From NCBI RefSeq assembly GCF_001481685.1, contig NZ_CP006867.1, forward strand, positions 750,001-782,000: DNA of 32,000 nt, given 5' to 3'. Source of the DNA: Ignicoccus islandicus DSM 13165 (GTDB taxonomy: Archaea; Thermoproteota; Thermoprotei_A; Sulfolobales; Ignicoccaceae). Within the stretch, counting starts at the first letter, position 1, and every line of letters starts with the position of its first letter. Shown here in pieces: positions 26,941-32,000 of the stretch. Made by a program: the position numbers and the translations under genes. The notes beneath the pieces were generated by a model. The model had not been told where the DNA came from, searched no databases, and saw only the letters and a program-made list of their open reading frames with translations.

Positions 26941-27789
26941 AACTATAACGAACGCGTTAAATATCGCTCTCTTCACGAAATCCCTTTTCAAGTCTTCTAT
27001 GGTAAATCCTAGGATCAAGGCTATCTTCTCAACCTCTCTTAGCTCATCTTCGTTAATTCTCTTTTTTCCAAAGTTTATTCGCCTATCAGTTATGTGTCTC
27101 TCGCCCCTAAACGGTAACATGACCTTTCCGTATGCCGCCTTATGACGCCACGTCTGAGTATCGGCGGAATCGTAACCCAGGGTTCTCAATAAAGGTATCA
27201 TCTTGGAGGAACCTAGACCTAAAGCGTGAAGGAGCCCAGGGAACTCCTTTCTAACGCGTTCCAAGAACTTAAGGCCCTCCTTTCTCGAGGCGTTCTTCAC
27301 AGTCAGTATTCTCGGGATCAATCCGCCTACTGCTGCATATGAAGAGAAGTCATATCCGCTCAAGTACTCCAGAAACAAGTCTTCATCTACTGGATGGAAG
27401 ACTGGTAAGAGTTCGCAATCAACGAGCTTACTCATTGTCCTGGCGTTACTTACGTTTAGTCGAACTTTCTCGCGAGCCTTCGGATCGTTAGGACCTACCG
27501 GGTTGTCTAGGGATATGCAATAGTCTGGCTTTAAGTCATTGTACCACTTAGTTACGTCCTCAACCTTGAGTGCGATCCCCTTCTTGAGGGCTTGGTAACC
27601 CCCCGAGTCCAACCATATCTCTATATCCGGAGGTATTCCGTACAACTCCCTTAGGCCCATTTCCCTTGCTCTCTCATATAACTTCTTGCTAGATGCTATT
27701 TGGAAAGCGTTTAGCATTACCGCCTCCACCTTCATGTATTTCCAAAGCGGTATGACTTGCGAGGCCGGGTGCCCCAATACCAATTTCAC
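26881..27789 (-). CDS. tRNA-guanine transglycosylase-superfamily-like protein (TGT/DpdA-like TIM barrel) without a canonical zinc motif
   Basis: IEIWLDSGGYQAL; ISLDNPVGPND; LHALGLGSSKMIPLLRTLGYDSADTQTWRHKAAYG; no C-terminal CxCxxC. Confidence 0.65.
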   Translation of the reverse strand: MKLVLGHPASQVIPLWKYMKVEAVMLNAFQIASSKKLYERAREMGLRELYGIPPDIEIWLDSGGYQALKKGIALKVEDVTKWYNDLKPDYCISLDNPVGPNDPKAREKVRLNVSNARTMSKLVDCELLPVFHPVDEDLFLEYLSGYDFSSYAAVGGLIPRILTVKNASRKEGLKFLERVRKEFPGLLHALGLGSSKMIPLLRTLGYDSADTQTWRHKAAYGKVMLPFRGERHITDRRINFGKKRINEDELREVEKIALILGFTIEDLKRDFVKRAIFNAFVIVSSNHLGTINSVTPVPIELS

Positions 27790-27900
27790 TTCTCGTTTAC
27801 CTTGTCGGTATTACGTGAGGAAGAGTAAAGACGTTAAGTATATGTGGTAAATACAACTATATAACCGAGCGTCGCTACACTTGTCTCTGGGCAAGGGGCA

Positions 27901-29352
27901 ATGTTCGAGCGTGCCACGCCCTTAGGCTCTTACTTAGCGAAGGGAAGGGAGTTTAGGGAACAAGGCTTCATCAGAACCGATTACCCGCCCAACAGGGACG
28001 AGGTGCTTTGGAACCCCAAAGTAATGAGGATGCCTAGAGAAGAAATAGAGAAAATAAAGACTCAGAGGTTAAAGGCAATAGTAAAGTGGGCTTGGGAGCA
28101 CAGCGAGTTCTATCACAAGTTCTGGAAGAGCAAGGGCTTCCATCCCGATATGATAAAGACTGCGAAGGACGTCGTGAAGATTCCGGTCCTAACTAAGAAA
28201 GACTTGAGAGCAGACCTCCAATCCAACCCGCCTTACGGAACTATCATGGTACCCGAGCTAGCTAGGTACATTCACTTCGTCGGAGCTACTTCCGGGAGTA
28301 CCGGAATGCCTACTTTCCAAGGCTGGGGTAGAGTTGAGCTAGACTACTTCGAGGAGCAACAAGCTAGGTATCTATGGACCTTCGCTGGCCTCAGGCCCGG
28401 CGTCGTTTACGCCAATTACTTGAACATGAGCGGCTTCTATAGTTGGGGTCCACCCTTAGTCGAGACAGCAATGTGGAGGTGCGGTGCAACTGCCATTGCG
28501 GGAGGAGGAGAGACCTTCTTCACATGGAAGGACAGGCACATGTTAATAATGAAGCTTTGGAAGGTAGACGTCTTCGCCACTACCCCGTGGTTGCACAGAT
28601 GGATAGGAGAGCAAGCGAAACTTGAGGGATGGGTAACCCCGTTCAAAGTACTTCTCCTCCACGGTGGAGCGGCAGCCGAGAATACTAAGAAGAAGTTAAT
28701 GGAAGTACACCCGAATGTTGAGAAAGTAATAAGCGTGTGGGGCACCACCGATGGTCATATGGCAATAGAGCCACCGGACGCTCCCGGTACCTTAGTGTTC
28801 TGGGAAGACACTCAGATCTTCGATATAGTAGTTCCTGGAAGTTACGAGGAGAACGATGTCGGCGAGCCGGCCGGAGAAGGAGAGAGAGGAGAACTAATCG
28901 CTACCTTACTGACTCACTACACGATGCCTCTTATAAGGTACAGCCTAGGTGACTACGTTAAAAATGAGTTCATATGTGAACCTACACCGGAGCTAGGCAT
29001 TACTCACTGCAGGTTCGCTGAGCTAATACCCGGAAGAGTCGAATGGATGTTCACTGTCAAGGGTAAGCTGCTGTTCCCCATAGTGGTAGAGAACGCCGTT
29101 AGCCAGATACCGGACACTACCGGTGCATATAACATAGTAGTTTACGACGACAAGATGGACAAACTCAAGATAAAGATAGAGACTAGGAAGCCTATACCGC
29201 CACCGTCCGATTACGACAAATTGGCTAGGGAAATCATAGCTAGAGAGGTCGGCTTGTCTCCAGACGACGTGGAGATAGAGTGGATCAGGCCCGGAGAGAG
29301 CGTCTGGAAGGGATACAAGCTCCAAGTGTTCCTAGACCAAAGAAAGAAGTAA
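27901..29352 (+). CDS. Phenylacetate-CoA ligase (PaaK)-family acyl-CoA/adenylate-forming enzyme
   Basis: [71 protein letters not shown]. Confidence 0.85.
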   Translation: MFERATPLGSYLAKGREFREQGFIRTDYPPNRDEVLWNPKVMRMPREEIEKIKTQRLKAIVKWAWEHSEFYHKFWKSKGFHPDMIKTAKDVVKIPVLTKKDLRADLQSNPPYGTIMVPELARYIHFVGATSGSTGMPTFQGWGRVELDYFEEQQARYLWTFAGLRPGVVYANYLNMSGFYSWGPPLVETAMWRCGATAIAGGGETFFTWKDRHMLIMKLWKVDVFATTPWLHRWIGEQAKLEGWVTPFKVLLLHGGAAAENTKKKLMEVHPNVEKVISVWGTTDGHMAIEPPDAPGTLVFWEDTQIFDIVVPGSYEENDVGEPAGEGERGELIATLLTHYTMPLIRYSLGDYVKNEFICEPTPELGITHCRFAELIPGRVEWMFTVKGKLLFPIVVENAVSQIPDTTGAYNIVVYDDKMDKLKIKIETRKPIPPPSDYDKLAREIIAREVGLSPDDVEIEWIRPGESVWKGYKLQVFLDQRKK

Positions 29353-29357
29353 ATTTT

Positions 29358-29612
29358 TCAGGCAGCCACTTCGCTTTTCTCGAGCTTCTTCTCCTCCCCC
29401 TTCTTGAATACCTTAATGCTATCAGTAGGGCAGTTGTATACGCACGCCATACATCCTATACAAGCCTCTTCCCTTTCAACTACGCTGACCAGCCTTTCGT
29501 ATTCTCCTTTTTTCTTCATCACTATCCTAAAAACGTCAGTTGGACATATCTGGGCGCAGACGGAACATCCTATGCAAGTGTCCTCGTTAACTAGAACCGA
29601 GAAGTTAGGCAT
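29358..29612 (-). CDS. 2[4Fe-4S] ferredoxin
   Basis: CIGCSVCAQICPTDV and CIGCMACVYNCPTDS. Confidence 0.92.
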   Translation of the reverse strand: MPNFSVLVNEDTCIGCSVCAQICPTDVFRIVMKKKGEYERLVSVVEREEACIGCMACVYNCPTDSIKVFKKGEEKKLEKSEVAA

Positions 29613-29691
29613 CTCGCTCTATCACCGGAGTTAGGGTAGTCGGTGTATCGATAAAAAGGAATTTCCTTGCTTTTGAACACACGTAACGAGA

Positions 29692-30021
29692 TTATATGGC
29701 GAAGAGGATCACTATTGCCATAGCTATACCGTAGATCGCAGGAGTCTCTGCGATACCTATGAACAGTAGAACTCTACCGAACTCTTCAGGTTTCTCGCTT
29801 ATTACGGCGATACCAGCGGCACCGGTTACACCTAGGGCGTAGCCTGCACCCACAGTACCGCCGAGCAAGGCGAGACCAGCGCCTACGGCCTTTAGGCCGG
29901 TTGCCATACCTGCAGCGCTAGTTTCTGCAGCGTAAGCGATGCTAGCGCCAACTATGGTTATGAATAGGAACGATAATAGCATCCTCTTGAGTACTTTCTT
30001 AGTGATTAATCCACCCTTCAC
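29692..30021 (-). CDS. atpK: A/V-type ATP synthase membrane rotor subunit K (c) with N-terminal leader
   Basis: Leader MLLSFLFITIVGASIAYAA; GLKAVGAGLALLGGTVGAGYALGVTGAAGIAVISEKPEEFGRVLLFIGIAETPAIYGIAMAIVI with the conserved Glu. Confidence 0.88.
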   Translation of the reverse strand: MKGGLITKKVLKRMLLSFLFITIVGASIAYAAETSAAGMATGLKAVGAGLALLGGTVGAGYALGVTGAAGIAVISEKPEEFGRVLLFIGIAETPAIYGIAMAIVILFAI

Positions 30022-30077
30022 GCCTTACACCTCCATTAGAGAGGTAGAGCTTCAGATAAAAAGGACTTCTAATGTAG

Positions 30078-30248
30078 CTATTGTTCCATTTTGACCTTAG
30101 AAAGCTCTTGATCAACCTTTCTCTTCATCTCAGTTTTTATTTCCTCTGCCTTCTTTTCCAGCTTATTAACTACCTCGGTATAGTAGGACTCTATCTTCAC
30201 TTTGAGGTCCTTAACTAATTCATCCTTAGTAGGCAAACCCGCTTCCAT
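30078..30248 (-). CDS. Small charged coiled-coil-like protein (56 aa) inside the ATPase operon, absent from the supplied track
   Basis: Manual translation: MEAGLPTKDELVKDLKVKIESYYTEVVNKLEKKAEEIKTEMKRKVDQELSKVKMEQ*. ATG overlaps the upstream gene's TAA (TAATG). Confidence 0.65.
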   Translation of the reverse strand: MEAGLPTKDELVKDLKVKIESYYTEVVNKLEKKAEEIKTEMKRKVDQELSKVKMEQ

Positions 30249-30889
30249 TACGCAACCCTCCTACTTTGTAGTTTGTTACGTATCAATTTTAATCTCATGA
30301 ATTCCTCTCTTTGCCTATCGTCTAGGACTTGTTTCACGAACTTGATGTTCTTTTGTATATCGGGCAATACGGAGTACTTTATTGCGTTGATTAGCCTCTG
30401 CGTCCTTCTTAGCTCATTCATTATTCTGTACATGCTCATCTCAGCGTTCAAGGCTTTAGCTAGGGACTTCATCGCCTTTTCCATTTCTTCCTTAGCAGCA
30501 TCCATATAAGGAGAACTGAACACTAAGGACAAGCTCGAAGCAGCAGTGGCGCTTTCGAATTCTACTACCGGTATCTTAACTCCGAAGGCCGATCGGGTAG
30601 CTATCTTTGCCTTCAACGTTTCCGGTATGTACGCGACCTCTTGTTTACATTCCAACGCTCCGGATTGGACGAAGGCTAGGGCCATGTATTCTTGGGCCTT
30701 CTCTAAATGTTTCGAGTACTCATCGTAGTACCTCTGGTAATCTGCTATGGCTCTCCTAAGGTATATTAGAAGTATATCTCTCTTATCTTCTAAGAGTTTC
30801 TGGATCTTCTTAACGACCTTTTGCCTTTGCTTCAACCGTATTAGGTTTATCTTTGTAGGAAGTACCCTTTTAGCTCCAGGAAAACTCAT
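30248..30889 (-). CDS. atpD: A/V-type ATP synthase subunit D
   Basis: RVLPTKINLIRLKQRQKVVKKIQKLLEDKRDILL...NEMSMYRIMNELRRTQRLINAIKYSVLPDIQKNIKFVKQVLDDRQREEFMRLKLIR. Confidence 0.92.
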   Translation of the reverse strand: MSFPGAKRVLPTKINLIRLKQRQKVVKKIQKLLEDKRDILLIYLRRAIADYQRYYDEYSKHLEKAQEYMALAFVQSGALECKQEVAYIPETLKAKIATRSAFGVKIPVVEFESATAASSLSLVFSSPYMDAAKEEMEKAMKSLAKALNAEMSMYRIMNELRRTQRLINAIKYSVLPDIQKNIKFVKQVLDDRQREEFMRLKLIRNKLQSRRVA

Positions 30890-32000
30890 TACTTCTTCAC
30901 CTTTTCAAGCGCTTTACTGCTCCTGTATTTGGGATGGTACTTCTTGATGTATTCTGGTCTTATCTTCGTGAGTTCCTCCTCAGGAAGTATTGATAGGATC
31001 TCCCAAGCTAAGTCTAGGGTTTCCTCGATGCTCCTGTTCTCGTAGTAGTCTTGCCTCAAGAACTTTCTCTCGAACGCTTCACCGAACCTCAGATACTTCC
31101 TGTCCACTTCGCTTAGGCTCTCCTCACCTACTATTGCCGCTAGACCTCTAAGGTCAACGGCCCTTGCATAGGCAGCGTATAGCTGGTTAGAGACGTCGGG
31201 GTGATCTTCTCTAGTCTTACCCTTACCTATACCGTCCCTCATCAACCTGGATAGGCTCATTAGAACGTTGATCGGGGGATAGATGCCCTTGTTGTGAAGG
31301 TCTCTCGATAGTACTATCTGGCCCTCGGTAATGTAACCGGTTAGGTCCGGAATCGGGTGAGTGATGTCGTCGTTAGGCATCGTCAATATAGGCATCTGAG
31401 TTATCGATCCATTGGATCCCTTGACCCTACCGGCCCTTTCATAGATCGTTGCTAGATCGGTGTACATGTAACCGGGGTATCCTTGCCTTCCAGGAACCTC
31501 TTCTCTACTGGCTGAGATTTCTCTTAGCGCTTCACAATAATTGGTCATATCAGTTATTATTACTAGGACGTGCATGTCTTTCTTGAAAGCTAGGTACTCG
31601 GCGAGAGTTAGGGCGGCTCTGGGCGTCACTATCTTCATCATTGCTGGCTCGTTCGCTAAGCTCACGAACATTGCCGTCCTGTTTATTGCGCCGGTCTCTT
31701 CGAAGGCCTTCTTGAAGAAGAGTAACTCGTCGTACTGGATACCGACTGCCGCGAATACGACAGCGAAGGCCTCTTCCTTGCCTCTCACGGTAGCTTGCCT
31801 AGCTATTTGCGCGGCTAACTTGTTGTGAGGGAGACCTGAACCAGAGAAGATCGGGAGCTTCTGACCTCTAACTAGGGAGTTCATACCGTCTATAGCGCTT
31901 ATACCGGTTTGAATGAACTCGTCGGGGTATTCCCTTGCATATGGGTTTATTGGTTCGCCCCAGACGTTCCTCTTCTCAACAGCTCTTATTGGGGCCCCTC
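30889..32000 (-). CDS. atpB: A/V-type ATP synthase subunit B, 5' end beyond the window
   Basis: [52 protein letters not shown] (first part read from 31885..32000 on the minus strand). Confidence 0.96.
   Translation of the reverse strand, partial: GAPIRAVEKRNVWGEPINPYAREYPDEFIQTGISAIDGMNSLVRGQKLPIFSGSGLPHNKLAAQIARQATVRGKEEAFAVVFAAVGIQYDELLFFKKAFEETGAINRTAMFVSLANEPAMMKIVTPRAALTLAEYLAFKKDMHVLVIITDMTNYCEALREISASREEVPGRQGYPGYMYTDLATIYERAGRVKGSNGSITQMPILTMPNDDITHPIPDLTGYITEGQIVLSRDLHNKGIYPPINVLMSLSRLMRDGIGKGKTREDHPDVSNQLYAAYARAVDLRGLAAIVGEESLSEVDRKYLRFGEAFERKFLRQDYYENRSIEETLDLAWEILSILPEEELTKIRPEYIKKYHPKYRSSKALEKVKK

Noticed and set aside
1-32000. CRISPR array, insertion sequence, integrase, toxin-antitoxin or provirus
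   Set aside because: No regularly spaced direct repeats, transposase, integrase or cas-like translations were seen on reading all ORFs.

Overview
The 32 kb window reads as a compact hyperthermophilic archaeal chromosome segment, probably Crenarchaeota/Desulfurococcales and possibly Ignicoccus-like (inference from gene content only). It is dominated by housekeeping genes. Recognisable genes: 3' part of a NapA-like molybdopterin oxidoreductase, a small EncFtn/rubrerythrin-like protein, two SAM methyltransferases, an SDH/ClpP-class membrane protease (DUF114), pdxS, an NFACT/Rqc2 protein, purB, an STT3/AglB oligosaccharyltransferase, tRNA-Met, S27e, a DRE-TIM aldolase resembling Re-citrate synthase, metG, enolase, panB, hypF, tRNA-Leu(CAA), aroA, a radical SAM protein, a TGT-like protein, a PaaK-like CoA ligase, a ferredoxin, and A/V-type ATPase genes K, D and B (B cut by the window end). 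I see no CRISPR array, IS element or provirus. The observations most worth a second look are: (i) a perfect 10-bp inverted repeat just upstream of the putative TATA box of the EncFtn-like gene; (ii) a TGT-superfamily protein without the canonical zinc motif (DpdA-like?) near a Cys-rich ORF/radical SAM pair and a membrane-anchored CxxCH protein; (iii) a Re-citrate-synthase-like enzyme; (iv) panB, whose conserved N-terminus extends upstream of any ATG/GTG/TTG; (v) a metallo-beta-lactamase-like protein that has lost the metal motif, in an overlapping set with aroA and a PAP2-like variant; (vi) two small ORFs absent from the supplied track, including one inside the ATPase operon. No claim of a proven new system is made.
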